A stretch of DNA of 64,000 nt from Paragordius varius (taxonomy: Eukaryota > Animalia > Nematomorpha). The notes under the pieces were generated by a model, which was given only the letters and a program-made list of their open reading frames with translations, was not told the origin of the DNA and did no database searches. This document shows, one piece after another, positions 40,465-56,172 of this stretch. The first letter of the stretch is position 1; each line of letters starts with the position of its first letter. The stretch spans positions 13,764,001 to 13,828,000 of the forward strand of contig OZ176052.1 in the NCBI GenBank assembly GCA_964247055.1. The letters are read 5' to 3'. Position numbers and translations under genes: made by a program.

Positions 40465-43400
40465 TATTTGGGGTGATGATGGAACTACTATAGGGCTACC
40501 CAAAAAAAATTATGGCGACATCACCTGATCAAATTTGGATTTTAGGTAGCCATTTTTATTTTTAAAATCGTATAAAATAAATTTTTTAAATATTTAAAAA
40601 ATTCATAAAAATTACATTTATGGTCCGATCCCCAAAATATTTGGGGTGATGATGGAACTACTATAGGGCTCCCCAAAAAAAATTATGGCGACATCACCTG
40701 ATCAAATTTGGATTTTAGGTAGCCATTTTTATTTTTAAAATCGTATAAAATAAATTTTTTAAATATTTAAAAAATTCAAAAAAATTACATTTATACTCCG
40801 ATCTCGACAATATTTGGGGTGATGATGGAACTACCATAGGGCTACCCAAAAAAAATTATGGTGACATCACCTGATCAAATTTGGATTTTAGGTAGCCATT
40901 TTTATTTTTAAAATCGTATAAAATAAATTTTTTAAATATTTAAAAAATTCATAAAAATTACATTTATACTCCGATCCCCAAAATATTTGGGGTGATGATG
41001 GAACTACCATATGGCTACCCAAAAAATTATAGTGACATCACCTGATCAAATTTGGATTTTAGGTAGCCATTTTTATTTTTAAAATCGTATAAAATAAATT
41101 TTTTAAATATTTAAAAAATTCATAAAAATTACATTTATACTCCGATCTCGAAAATATTTGGGGTGATGATGGAACTACCATAGGGCTACCCAAAAAAAAT
41201 TATGGTGACATCACCTGATCAAATTTGGATTTTAGGTAGCCATTTTTATTTTTAAAATCGTATAAAATAAATTTTTTAAATATTTAAAAAATTCATAAAA
41301 ATTACATTTATACTCCGATCCCCAAAATATTTGGGGTGATGATGGAACTTCCATAGGGCTACCCAAAAATAATTATGGCGACATCACCTGATCAAATTTG
41401 GATTTTAGGTAGCCATTTTTATTTTTGAAATCGTATAAAATAAATTTTTTAAATATTTAAAAAATTCATAAAAATTACATTTATAGTCCGATCCCCAAAG
41501 TATTTGGGGTGATGATGGAACTACCATAGGGCTACCCAAAAAAATTATAGTGACATCACCTGATCAAATTTGGATTTTAGGTAGCCATTTTTATTTTTAA
41601 AATCGTATAAAATAAATTTTTTAAATATTTAAAAAATTCATAAAAATTACATTTATAGTCCGATCCCCAAAATATTTGGGGTGATGATGGAACTACTATA
41701 GGGCTACCCAAAAAAAATTATGGCGACATCACCTGATCAAATTTGGATTTTAGGTAGCCATTTTTATTTTTAAAATCGTATAAAATAAATTTTTTAAATA
41801 TTTAAAAAATTCATAAAAATTACATTTATGGTCCGATCCCCAAAATATTTGGGGTGATGATGGAACTACTATAGGGCTCCCCAAAAAAAATTATGGCGAC
41901 ATCACCTGATCAAATTTGGATTTTAGGTAGCCATTTTTATTTTTAAAATCGTATAAAATAAATTTTTTAAATATTTAAAAAATTCAAAAAAATTACATTT
42001 ATACTCCGATCTCGACAATATTTGGGGTGATGATGGAACTACCATAGGGCTACCCAAAAAAAATTATGGTGACATCACCTGATCAAATTTGGATTTTAGG
42101 TAGCCATTTTTATTTTTAAAATCGTATAAAATAAATTTTTTAAATATTTAAAAAATTCATAAAAATTACATTTATACTCCGATCCCCAAAATATTTGGGG
42201 TGATGATGGAACTACCATATGGCTACCCAAAAAAATTATAGTGACATCACCTGATCAAATTTGGATTTTAGGTAGCCATTTATATTTTTAAAATCGTATA
42301 AAATAAATTTTTTAAATATTTAAAAAATTCATAAAAATTACATTTATACTCCGATCTCGAAAATATTTGGGGTGATGATGGAACTACCATAGGGCTACCC
42401 AAAAAAAATTATGGTGACATCACCTGATCAAATTTGGATTTTAGGTAGCCATTTTTATTTTTAAAATCGTATAAAATAAATTTTTTAAATATTTAAAAAA
42501 TTCATAAAAATTACATTTATAGTCCGATCCCCAAAATATTTGGGGTGATGATGGAACTACCATAGGGCTACCCAAAAAAAATTATGGCGACATCACCTGA
42601 TCAAATTTGGATTTTAGGTAGCCATTTTTATTTTTAAAATCGTATAAAATAAATTTTTTAAATATTTAAAAAATTCATAAAAATTACATTTATAGTCCGA
42701 TCCCCAAAATATTTGGGGTGATGATGGAACTACCATAGGGCTACCCAAAAAAATTATAGTGACATCACCTGATCAAATTTGGATTTTAGGTAGCCATTTT
42801 TATTTTTAAAATCGTATAAAATAAATTTTTTAAATATTTAAAAAATTCATAAAAATTACATTTATACTCCGATCTCGAAAATATTTGGGGTGATGATGGA
42901 ACTACCATAGGGCTACCCAAAAAAAATTATGGTGACATCACCTGATCAAATTTGGATTTTAGGTAGCCATTTTTATTTTTAAAATCGTATAAAATAAATT
43001 TTTTAAATATTTAAAAAATTTATAAATATTACATTTATAGTCCGATCCCCAAAATATTTGGGGTGATGATGGAACTACCATAGGGCTACCCAAAAAAAAT
43101 TATGGCGACATCACCTGATCAAATTTGGATTTTAGGTAGCCATTTTTATTTTTAAAATCGTATAAAATAAATTTTTTAAATATTTAAAAAATTCAAAAAA
43201 ATTACATTTATACTCCGATCTCGACAATATTTGGGGTGATGATGGAACTACCATAGGGCTACCCAAAAAAAATTATGGCGACATCACCTGATCAAATTTG
43301 GATTTTAGGTAGCCATTTTTATTTTTAAAATCGTATAAAATAAATTTTTTAAATATTTAAAAAATTCATAAAAATTACATTTATGGTCCGATCCCCAAAA

Positions 43401-44075
43401 TATTTGGGGTGATGATGGAACTACTATAGGGCTCCCCAAAAAAAATTATGGCGACATCACCTGATCAAATTTGGATTTTAGGTAGCCATTTTTATTTTTA
43501 AAATCGTATAAAATAAATTTTTTAAATATTTAAAAAATTCAAAAAAATTACATTTATACTCCGATCTCGACAATATTTGGGGTGATGATGGAACTACCAT
43601 AGGGCTACCCAAAAAAAATTATGGTGACATCACCTGATCAAATTTGGATTTTAGGTAGCCATTTTTATTTTTAAAATCGTATAAAATAAATTTTTTAAAT
43701 ATTTAAAAAATTCATAAAAATTACATTTATACTCCGATCCCCAAAATATTTGGGGTGATGATGGAACTACCATATGGCTACCCAAAAAATTATAGTGACA
43801 TCACCTGATCAAATTTGGATTTTAGGTAGCCATTTTTATTTTTAAAATCGTATAAAATAAATTTTTTAAATATTTAAAAAATTCATAAAAATTACATTTA
43901 TACTCCGATCTCGAAAATATTTGGGGTGATGATGGAACTACCATAGGGCTACCCAAAAAAAATTATGGTGACATCACCTGATCAAATTTGGATTTTAGGT
44001 AGCCATTTTTATTTTTAAAATCGTATAAAATAAATTTTTTAAATATTTAAAAAATTCATAAAAATTACATTTATA
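40465..44075. repeat. 3.6-kb block duplicated at 59273-62883 (offset 18808 bp), copy 1
   Basis: Constant offset 18808 for TTTTTGAAA (41427 vs 60235), TATATTTTTA (42281 vs 61089), TATAAATATT (43021 vs 61829), TTATGGTCCG (43381 vs 62189) and CATATGG (43771 vs 62579). Confidence 0.92.
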
Positions 44076-44090
44076 CTCCGATCCCCAAAA

Positions 44091-46508
44091 TATTTGGGGT
44101 GATGATGGAACTTCCATAGGGCTACCCAAAAATAATTATGGCGACATCACCTGATCAAATTTGGATTTTAGGTAGCCCTTTTTATTTTTGAAATCGTATA
44201 AAATAAATTTTTTAAATATTTAAAAAATTCATAAAAATTACATTTATAGTCCGATCCCCAAAGTATTTGGGGTGATGATGGAACTACCATAGGGCTACCC
44301 AAAAAAATTATAGTGACATCACCTGATCAAATTTGGATTTTAGGTAGCCATTTTTATTTTTAAAATCGTATAAAATAAATTTTTTAAATATTTAAAAAAT
44401 TCATAAAAATTACATTTATAGTCCGATCCCCAAAATATTTGGGGTGATGATGGAACTACTATAGGGCTACCCAAAAAAAATTATGGCGACATCACCTGAT
44501 CAAATTTGGATTTTAGGTAGCCATTTTTATTTTTAAAATCGTATAAAATAAATTTTTTAAATATTTAAAAAATTCATAAAAATTACATTTATGGTCCGAT
44601 CCCCAATATATTTGGGGTGATGATGGAACTACTATAGGGCTCCCCAAAAAAAAATATGGCGACATCACCTGATCAAATTTGGATTTTAGGTAGCCATTTT
44701 TATTTTTAAAATCGTATAAAATAAATTTTTTAAATATTTAAAAAATTCAAAAAAATTACATTTATACTCCGATCTCGACAATATTTGGGGTGATGATGGA
44801 ACTACCATAGGGCTACCCAAAAAAAATTATGGTGACATCACCTGATCAAATTTGGATTTTAGGTAGCCATTTTTATTTTTAAAATCGTATAAAATAAATT
44901 TTTTAAATATTTAAAAAATTCATAAAAATTACATTTATACTCCGATCCCCAAAATATTTGGGGTGATGATGGAACTACCATATGGCTACCCAAAAAAATT
45001 ATAGTGACATCACCTGATCAAATTTGGATTTTAGGTAGCCATTTATATTTTTAAAATCGTATAAAATAAATTTTTTAAATATTTAAAAAATTCATAAAAA
45101 TTACATTTATACTCCGATCTCGAAAATATTTGGGGTGATGATGGAACTACCATAGGGCTACCCAAAAAAAATTATGGTGACATCACCTGATCAAATTTGG
45201 ATTTTAGGTAGCCATTTTTATTTTTAAAATCGTATAAAATAAATTTTTTAAATATTTAAAAAATTCATAAAAATTACATTTATACTCCGATCCCCAAAAT
45301 ATTTGGGGTGATGATGGAACTTCCATAGGGCTACCCAAAAATAATTATGGCGACATCACCTGATCAAATTTGGATTTTAGGTAGCCCTTTTTATTTTTGA
45401 AATCGTATAAAATAAATTTTTTAAATATTTAAAAAATTCATAAAAATTACATTTATAGTCCGATCCCCAAAGTATTTGGGGTGATGATGGAACTACCATA
45501 GGGCTACCCAAAAAAATTATAGTGACATCACCTGATCAAATTTGGATTTTAGGTAGCCATTTTTATTTTTAAAATCGTATAAAATAAATTTTTTAAATAT
45601 TTAAAAAATTCATAAAAATTACATTTATAGTCCGATCCCCAAAATATTTGGGGTGATGATGGAACTACTATAGGGCTACCCAAAAAAAATTATGGCGACA
45701 TCACCTGATCAAATTTGGATTTTAGGTAGCCATTTTTATTTTTAAAATCGTATAAAATAAATTTTTTAAATATTTAAAAAATTCATAAAAATTACATTTA
45801 TGGTCCGATCCCCAAAATATTTGGGGTGATGATGGAACTACTATAGGGCTCCCCAAAAAAAAATATGGCGACATCACCTGATAAAATTTGGATTTTAGGT
45901 AGCCATTTTTATTTTTAAAATCGTATAAAATAAATTTTTTAAATATTTAAAAAATTCAAAAAAATTACATTTATACTCCGATCTCGACAATATTTGGGGT
46001 GATGATGGAACTACCATAGGGCTACCCAAAAAAAATTATGGTGACATCACCTGATCAAATTTGGATTTTAGGTAGCCATTTTTATTTTTAAAATCGTATA
46101 AAATAAATTTTTTAAATATTTAAAAAATTCATAAAAATTACATTTATACTCCGATCCCCAAAATATTTGGGGTGATGATGGAACTACCATATGGCTACCC
46201 AAAAAAATTATAGTGACATCACCTGATCAAATTTGGATTTTAGGTAGCCATTTATATTTTTAAAATCGTATAAAATAAATTTTTTAAATATTTAAAAAAT
46301 TCATAAAAATTACATTTATACTCCGATCTCGAAAATATTTGGGGTGATGATGGAACTACCATAGGGCTACCCAAAAAAAATTATGGTGACATCACCTGAT
46401 CAAATTTGGATTTTAGGTAGCCATTTTTATTTTTAAAATCGTATAAAATAAATTTTTTAAATATTTAAAAAATTCATAAAAATTACATTTATAGTCCGAT
46501 CCCCAAAA
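44091..46508. repeat. Tandem 7-monomer higher-order repeat (period 1209 bp)
   Basis: AACTTCC at about 44110 and 45319. Private GTAGCCCTTT and AAAAATATGGC occur in both copies. A related 7-mer starts at 41328, 16 monomers (2763 bp) upstream. Confidence 0.9.
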
Positions 46509-49500
46509 TATTTGGGGTGATGATGGAACTACCATAGGGCTACCCAAAAAAAATTATGGCGACATCACCTGATCAAATTTGGATTTTAGGTAGCCATTTT
46601 TATTTTTAAAATCGTATAAAATAAATTTTTTAAATATTTAAAAAATTCATAAAAATTACATTTATAGTCCGATCCCCAAAATATTTGGGGTGATGATGGA
46701 ACTACCATAGGGCTACCCAAAAAAATTATAGTGACATCACCTGATCAAATTTGGATTTTAGGTAGCCATTTTTATTTTTAAAATCGTATAAAATAAATTT
46801 TTTAAATATTTAAAAAATTCATAAAAATTACATTTATACTCCGATCTCGAAAATATTTGGGGTGATGATGGAACTACCATAGGGCTACCCAAAAAAAATT
46901 ATGGTGACATCACCTGATCAAATTTGGATTTTAGGTAGCCATTTTTATTTTTAAAATCGTATAAAATAAATTTTTTAAATATTTAAAAAATTTATAAATA
47001 TTACATTTATAGTCCGATCCCCAAAATATTTGGGGTGATGATGGAACTACCATAGGGCTACCCAAAAAAAATTATGGCGACATCACCTGATCAAATTTGG
47101 ATTTTAGGTAGCCATTTTTATTTTTAAAATCGTATAAAATAAATTTTTTAAATATTTAAAAAATTCAAAAAAATTACATTTATACTCCGATCTCGACAAT
47201 ATTTGGGGTGATGATGGAACTACCATAGGGCTACCCAAAAAAAATTATGGTGACATCACCTGATCAAATTTGGATTTTAGGTAGCCATTTTTATTTTTAA
47301 AATCGTATAAAATAAATTTTTTAAATATTTAAAAAATTCATAAAAATTACATTTATACTCCGATCTCGAAAATATTTGGGGTGATGATGGAACTACCATA
47401 GGGCTACCCAAAAAAATTATAGTGACATCACCTGATCAAATTTGGATTTTAGGTAGCCATTTTTATTTTTAAAATCGTATAAAATAAATTTTTTAAATAT
47501 TTAAAAAATTCATAAAAATTACATTTATAGTCCGATCCCCAAAATATTTGGGGTGATGATGGAACTACCATAGGGCTACGTAAAAAAAATTATGGCGACA
47601 TCACCTGATCAAATTTGGATTTTAGGTAGCCATTTTTATTTTTTATATCGTATAAAATAAATTTTTTAAATATTTAAAAAATTCATAAAAATTACATTTA
47701 TAGTCCGATCCCCAAAATATTTGGGGTGATGATGAACTACCATAGGGCTACCCAAAAAAAATTATGGTGACATCACCTGATCAAATTTGGATTTTAGGTA
47801 GCCATTTTTATTTTTAAAATCGTATAAAATAAATTTTTTAAATATTTAAAAAATTCATAAAAATTACATTTATACTCCGATCTCGAAAATATTTGGGGTG
47901 ATGATGGAACTACCATAGGGCTAACCAAAAAAAATTATGGTGACATCACCTGATCAAATTTGGATTTTAGGTAGCCATTTTTATTTTTAAAATCGTATAA
48001 AATAAATTTTTTAAATATTTAAAAAATTTATAAAAATTACATTTAGAGTCCGATCCCCAAAGTATTTGGGGTGATGATGGAACTACCATAGGGCTACGTA
48101 AAAAAAATTATGGCGACATCACCTGATCAAATTTGGATTTTAGGTAGCCATTTTTATTTTTAAAATCGTATAAAATAAATTTTTTAAATATTTAAAAAAT
48201 TCATAAAAATTACATTTATACTCCGATCTCGAAAATATTTGGGGTGATGATGGAACTACCATAGGGCTACCCAAAACAAATTATGGTGACATCACCTGAT
48301 CAAATTTGGATTTTAGGTAGCCATTTTTATTTTTAAAATCGTATAAAATAAATTTTTTAAATATTTAAAAAATTCAAAAAAATTACATTTATACTCCGAT
48401 CTCGACAATATTTGGGGTGATGATGGAACTACCATAGGGCTACCCAAAAAAAATTATGGTGACATCACCTGATCAAAATTGGATTTTAGGTAGCCATTTT
48501 TATTTTTAAAATCGTATAAAATAAATTTTTTAAATATTTAAAAAATTCATAAAAATTACATTTATACTCCGATCTCGAAAATATTTGGGGTGATGATGGA
48601 ACTACCATAGGGCTACCCAAAACAAATTTTGGTGACATCACCTGATCAAATTTGGATTTTAGGTAGCCATTTTTATTTTTAAAATCGTATAAAATAAATT
48701 TTTTAAATATTTAAAAAATTCAAAAAAATTACATTTATACTCCGATCTCGACAATATTTGGGGTGATGATGGAACTACCATAGGGCTACCCAAAAAAAAT
48801 TTAGGTGACATCACCTGATCAAATTTGGATTTTAGGTAGCCATTTTTATTTTTAAAATCGTATAAAATAAATTTTTTAAATATTTAAAAAATTCATAAAA
48901 ATTACATTTATAGTCCGATCCCCAAAATATTTGGGGTGATGATGGAACTACCATAGGGCTACCCAAAAAAAATTATGGCGACATCACCTGATCAAATTTG
49001 GATTTTAGGTAGCCATTTTTATTTTTAAAATCGTATAAAATAAATTTTTTAAATATTTAAAAAATTCATAAAAATTACATTTATAGTCCGATCCCCAAAA
49101 TATTTGGGGTGATGATGGAACTACCATAGGGCTACCCAAAAAAAATTATGGTGACATCACCTGATCAAATTTGGATTTTAGGTAGCCATTTTTATTTTTA
49201 AAATCGTATAAAATAAATTTTTCAAATATTTAAAAAATTCATAAAAATTACATTTATACTCCGATCTCGAAAATATTTGGGGTGATGATGGAACTACCAT
49301 AGGGCTACCCAAAAAAAATTATGGTGACATCACCTGATCAAATTTGGATTTTAGGTAGCCATTTTTATTTTTAAAATCGTATAAAATAAATTTTTTAAAT
49401 ATTTAAAAAATTTATAAAAATTACATTTAGAGTCCGATCCCCAAAGTATTCGGGGTGATGATGGAACTACCATAGGGCTACGTAAAAAAAATTATGGCGA

Positions 49501-52500
49501 CATCACCTGATCAAATTTGGATTTTAGGTAGCCATTTTTATTTTTAAAATCGTATAAAATAAATTTTTTAAATATTTAAAAAATTCATAAAAATTACATT
49601 TATAGTCCGATCCCCAAAATATTTGGGGTGATGATGGAACTACCATAGGGCTACCCAAAAAAAATTATGGCGACATCACCTGATCAAATTTGGATTTTAG
49701 GTAGCCATTTTTATTTTTAAAATCGTATAAAATAAATTTTTTAAATATTTAAAAAATTCATAAAAATTACATTTATAGTCCGATCCCCAAAATATTTGGG
49801 GTGATGATGGAACTACCATAGGGCTACCCAAAAAAATTATAGTGACATCACCTGATCAAATTTGGATTTTAGGTAGCCATTTTTATTTTTAAAATCGTAT
49901 AAAATAAATTTTTTAAATATTTAAAAAATTCATAAAAATTACATTTATACTCCGATCTCGAAAATATTTGGGGTGATGATGGAACTACCATAGGGCTACC
50001 CAAAAAAAATTATGGTGACATCACCTGATCAAATTTGGATTTTAGGTAGCCATTTTTATTTTTAAAATCGTATAAAATAAATTTTTTAAATATTTAAAAA
50101 ATTCATAAAAATTACATTTATAGTCCGATCCCCAAAATATTTGGGGTGATGATGGAACTACCATAGGGCTACCCAAAAAAAATTATGGCGACATCACCTG
50201 ATCAAATTTGGATTTTAGGTAGCCATTTTTATTTTTAAAATCGTATAAAATAAATTTTTTAAATATTTAAAAAATTCATAAAAATTACATTTATAGTCCG
50301 ATCCCCAAAATATTTGGGGTGATGATGGAACTACCATAGGGCTACCCAAAAAAATTATAGTGACATCACCTGATCAAATTTGGATTTTAGGTAGCCATTT
50401 TTATTTTTAAAATCGTATAAAATAAATTTTTTAAATATTTAAAAAATTCATAAAAATTACATTTATACTCCGATCTCGAAAATATTTGGGGTGATGATGG
50501 AACTACCATAGGGCTACCCAAAAAAAATTATGGTGACATCACCTGATCAAATTTGGATTTTAGGTAGCCATTTTTATTTTTAAAATCGTATAAAATAAAT
50601 TTTTTAAATATTTAAAAAATTTATAAATATTACATTTATAGTCCGATCCCCAAAATATTTGGGGTGATGATGGAACTACCATAGGGCTACCCAAAAAAAA
50701 TTATGGCGACATCACCTGATCAAATTTGGATTTTAGGTAGCCATTTTTATTTTTAAAATCGTATAAAATAAATTTTTTAAATATTTAAAAAATTCAAAAA
50801 AATTACATTTATACTCCGATCTCGACAATATTTGGGGTGATGATGGAACTACCATAGGGCTACCCAAAAAAAATTATGGTGACATCACCTGATCAAATTT
50901 GGATTTTAGGTAGCCATTTTTATTTTTAAAATCGTATAAAATAAATTTTTTAAATATTTAAAAAATTCATAAAAATTACATTTATACTCCGATCTCGAAA
51001 ATATTTGGGGTGATGATGGAACTACCATAGGGCTACCCAAAAAAATTATAGTGACATCACCTGATCAAATTTGGATTTTAGGTAGCCATTTTTATTTTTA
51101 AAATCGTATAAAATAAATTTTTTAAATATTTAAAAAATTCATAAAAATTACATTTATAGTCCGATCCCCAAAATATTTGGGGTGATGATGGAACTACCAT
51201 AGGGCTACGTAAAAAAAATTATGGCGACATCACCTGATCAAATTTGGATTTTAGGTAGCCATTTTTATTTTTTATATCGTATAAAATAAATTTTTTAAAT
51301 ATTTAAAAAATTCATAAAAATTACATTTATAGTCCGATCCCCAAAATATTTGGGGTGATGATGAACTACCATAGGGCTACCCAAAAAAAATTATGGTGAC
51401 ATCACCTGATCAAATTTGGATTTTAGGTAGCCATTTTTATTTTTAAAATCGTATAAAATAAATTTTTTAAATATTTAAAAAATTCATAAAAATTACATTT
51501 ATACTCCGATCTCGAAAATATTTGGGGTGATGATGGAACTACCATAGGGCTACCCAAAAAAAATTATGGTGACATCACCTGATCAAATTTGGATTTTAGG
51601 TAGCCATTTTTATTTTTAAAATCGTATAAAATAAATTTTTTAAATATTTAAAAAATTTATAAAAATTACATTTAGAGTCCGATCCCCAAAGTATTTGGGG
51701 TGATGATGGAACTACCATAGGGCTACGTAAAAAAAATTATGGCGACATCACCTGATCAAATTTGGATTTTAGGTAGCCATTTTTATTTTTAAAATCGTAT
51801 AAAATAAATTTTTTAAATATTTAAAAAATTCATAAAAATTACATTTATACTCCGATCTCGAAAATATTTGGGGTGATGATGGAACTACCATAGGGCTACC
51901 CAAAACAAATTATGGTGACATCACCTGATCAAATTTGGATTTTAGGTAGCCATTTTTATTTTTAAAATCGTATAAAATAAATTTTTTAAATATTTAAAAA
52001 ATTCAAAAAAATTACATTTATACTCCGATCTCGACAATATTTGGGGTGATGATGGAACTACCATAGGGCTACCCAAAAAAAATTATGGTGACATCACCTG
52101 ATCAAAATTGGATTTTAGGTAGCCATTTTTATTTTTAAAATCGTATAAAATAAATTTTTTAAATATTTAAAAAATTCATAAAAATTACATTTATACTCCG
52201 ATCTCGAAAATATTTGGGGTGATGATGGAACTACCATAGGGCTACCCAAAACAAATTTTGGTGACATCACCTGATCAAATTTGGATTTTAGGTAGCCATT
52301 TTTATTTTTAAAATCGTATAAAATAAATTTTTTAAATATTTAAAAAATTCAAAAAAATTACATTTATACTCCGATCTCGACAATATTTGGGGTGATGATG
52401 GAACTACCATAGGGCTACCCAAAAAAAATTTAGGTGACATCACCTGATCAAATTTGGATTTTAGGTAGCCATTTTTATTTTTAAAATCGTATAAAATAAA

Positions 52501-53408
52501 TTTTTTAAATATTTAAAAAATTCATAAAAATTACATTTATACTCCGATCTCAAAAATATTTGGGGTGATGATGGAACTACCATAGGGCTACCCAAAAAAA
52601 ATTATGGTGACATCACCTGATCAAATTTGGATTTTAGGTAGCCATTTTTATTTTTAAAATCGTATAAAATAAATTTTTTAAATATTTAAAAAATTCATAA
52701 AAATTACATTTATAGTCCGATCCCCAAAATATTTGGGGTGATGATGGAACTACCATAGGGCTACCCAAAAAAAATTATGGCGACATCACCTGATCAAATT
52801 TGGATTTTAGGTAGCCATTTTTATTTTTAAAATCGTATAAAATAAATTTTTTAAATATTTAAAAAATTCATAAAAATTACATTTATAGTCCGATCCCCAA
52901 AATATTTGGGGTGATGATGGAACTACCATAGGGCTACCCAAAAAAAATTATGGTGACATCACCTGATCAAATTTGGATTTTAGGTAGCCATTTTTATTTT
53001 TAAAATCGTATAAAATAAATTTTTCAAATATTTAAAAAATTCATAAAAATTACATTTATACTCCGATCTCGAAAATATTTGGGGTGATGATGGAACTACC
53101 ATAGGGCTACCCAAAAAAAATTATGGTGACATCACCTGATCAAATTTGGATTTTAGGTAGCCATTTTTATTTTTAAAATCGTATAAAATAAATTTTTTAA
53201 ATATTTAAAAAATTTATAAAAATTACATTTAGAGTCCGATCCCCAAAGTATTCGGGGTGATGATGGAACTACCATAGGGCTACGTAAAAAAAATTATGGC
53301 GACATCACCTGATCAAATTTGGATTTTAGGTAGCCATTTTTATTTTTAAAATCGTATAAAATAAATTTTTTAAATATTTAAAAAATTCATAAAAATTACA
53401 TTTATACT
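46336..53408. repeat. Tandem 21-monomer higher-order repeat (period 3629 bp; 3802 bp after a one-monomer insertion at about 52550)
   Basis: TAGGGCTACGT at 47571 and 51200, GATGAACTAC at 47731 and 51360, ATTTAGAGTC at 48041 and 51670, CCAAAACAAA at 48271 and 51900, TTAGGTGAC at 48801 and 52430, TTCAAATA at 49221 and 53023. Confidence 0.92.
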
Positions 53409-56172
53409 CCGATCTCGAAAATATTTGGGGTGATGATGGAACTACCATAGGGCTACCCAAAACAAATTATGGTGACATCACCTGATCAAATTTGGATTTT
53501 AGGTAGAAATTTTTATTTTTAAAATCGTATAAAATAAATTTTTTAAATATTTAAAAAATTCATAAAAATTACATTTATAGTCCGATCCCCAAAATATTTG
53601 GGGTGATGATGGAACTACCATAGGGCTACCCAAAAAAATTATAGTGACATCACCTGATCAAATTTGGATTTTAGGTAGCCATTTTTATTTTTAAAATCGT
53701 ATAAAATAAATTTTTTAAATATTTAAAAAATTCATAAAAATTACATTTATAGTCCGATCCCCAAAGTATTTGGGGTGATGATGGAACTACCATAGGGCTA
53801 CCCAAAAAAAATTATGGTGACATCACCTGATCAAATTTGGATTTTAGGTAGCCATTTTTATTTTTAAAATCGTATAAAATAAATTTTTTAAATATTTAAA
53901 AAATTCATAAAAATTACATTTATAGTCCGATCCCCAAAGTATTTGGGGTGATGATGGAACTACCATAGGGCTACCCAAAAAAAATTATCGCGACATCACC
54001 TGATCAAATTTGGATTTTAGGTAGCCATTTTTATTTTTAAAATCGTATAAAATAAATTTTTTAAATATTTAAAAAATTCATAAAAATTACATTTATACTC
54101 CGATCTCGAAAATATTTGGGGTGATGATGGAACTACCATAGGGCTACCCAAAAAAATTATAGTGACATCACCTGATCAAATTTGGATTTTAGGTAGCTAT
54201 TTTTATTTTTAAAATCGTATAAAATAAATTTTTTAAATAAAAAATTCATAAAAATTACATTTATAGTCCGATCCCCAAAATATTTGGGGTGATGATGGAA
54301 CTACTATAGGGCTACCTAAAAAAAATTATGGCGACATCACCTGATCAAATTTGGATTTTAGGTAGCCATTTTTATTTTTAAAATCGTATAAAATAAATTT
54401 TTTAAATATTTAAAAAATTCATAAAAATTACATTTATAGTCCGATCCCCAAAATATTTGGGGTGATGATGGAACTACTATAGGGCTACCCAAAAAAAATT
54501 ATGGCGACATCACCTGATCAAATTTGGATTTTAGGTAGCCATTTTTATTTTTAAAATCGTATAAAATAAATTTTTTAAATATTTAAAAAATTCATAAAAA
54601 TTACATTTATAGCCCGATCCCCAAAGTATTCGGGGTGATGATGGAACTACCATAGGGCTACCCAAAAAAAATTATGGCGACATCACCTGATCAAATTTGG
54701 ATTTTAGGTAGCCATTTTTATTTTTAAAATCGTTTAAAATAAATTTTTTAAATATTTAAAAAATTCATAAAAATTACATTTATACTCCGATCTCGAAAAT
54801 ATTTGGGGTGATGATGGAACTACCATAGAGCTACCCCAAAAAAATTATAGTGACATCACCTGATCAAATTTGGATTTTAGGTAGCCATTTTTATTTTTAA
54901 AATCGTATAAAATAAATTTTTTAAATATTTAAAAAATTCATAAAAATTACATTTATAGTCCGATCTCCAAAATATTTGGGGTGATGATGGAACTACCATA
55001 GGGCTACCCAAAAAAAATTATGGCGACATCACCTGATCAAATTTGGATTTTAGGTAGCCATTTTTATTTTTAAAATCGTATAAAATAAATTTTTTAAATA
55101 TTTAAAAAATTCATAAAAATTACATTTATAGTCCGATCCCCAAAATATTTGTAGTGATGATGGAACTACCATAGGGCTACGCAAATAAAATTATGGTGAC
55201 ATCACCTGATCAAATTTGGATTTTAGGTAGCCATTTTTATTTTTAAAATCGTATAAAATAAATTTTTTAAATATTCATAAAAATTACATTTATAGTCCGA
55301 TCCCCAAAATATTTGTGGTGATGATGGAACTACCATAGGTCTACGCAAAAAAAATTATGGCGACATCATTTGATCAAATTTGGATTTTAGGTAGCCATTT
55401 TTATTTTTAAAATCGTATAAAATAAATTTTTTAAATATTTAAAAAATTCATAAAAATTACATTTATAGTCCGATCCCCAAAATATTTGTAGTGATGATGG
55501 AACTACCATAGGGCTACCCAAAAAAAATTATGGCGACATCACCTGATCAAATTTGGATTTTAGGTAGCCATTTTTATTTTTAAAATCGTATAAAATAAAT
55601 TTTTTAAATATTTAAAAAATTCATAAAAATTACATTTATACTCCGATCTCGAAAATATTTGGGGTGATGATGGAACTACCATAGAGCTACCCCAAAAAAA
55701 TTATAGTGACATCACCTGATCAAATTTGGATTTTAGATAGCCATTTTTATTTTTAAAATCGTATAAAATAAATTTTTTAAATATTTAAAAAATTCATAAA
55801 AATTACATTTATAGTCCGATCTCCAAAATATTTGGGGTGATGATGGAACTACCATAGGGCTACCCAAAAAAAATTATGGCGACATCACCTGATCAAATTT
55901 GATTTTAGGTAGCCATTTTTATTTTTAAAATCGTAAAAAATAAATTTTTTAAATATTTAAAAAATTCATAAAAATTACATTTATACTCCGATCTCGAAAA
56001 TATTTGGGGTGATGATGGAACTACCATAGGGCTACCCAAAAAAATTATAGTGACATCACCTGATCAAATTTGGATTTTAGGTAGCCATTTTTATTTTTAA
56101 AATCGTATAAAATAAATTTTTTAAATATTTAAAAAATTCATAAAAATTACATTTATAGTCCGATCCCCAAAA

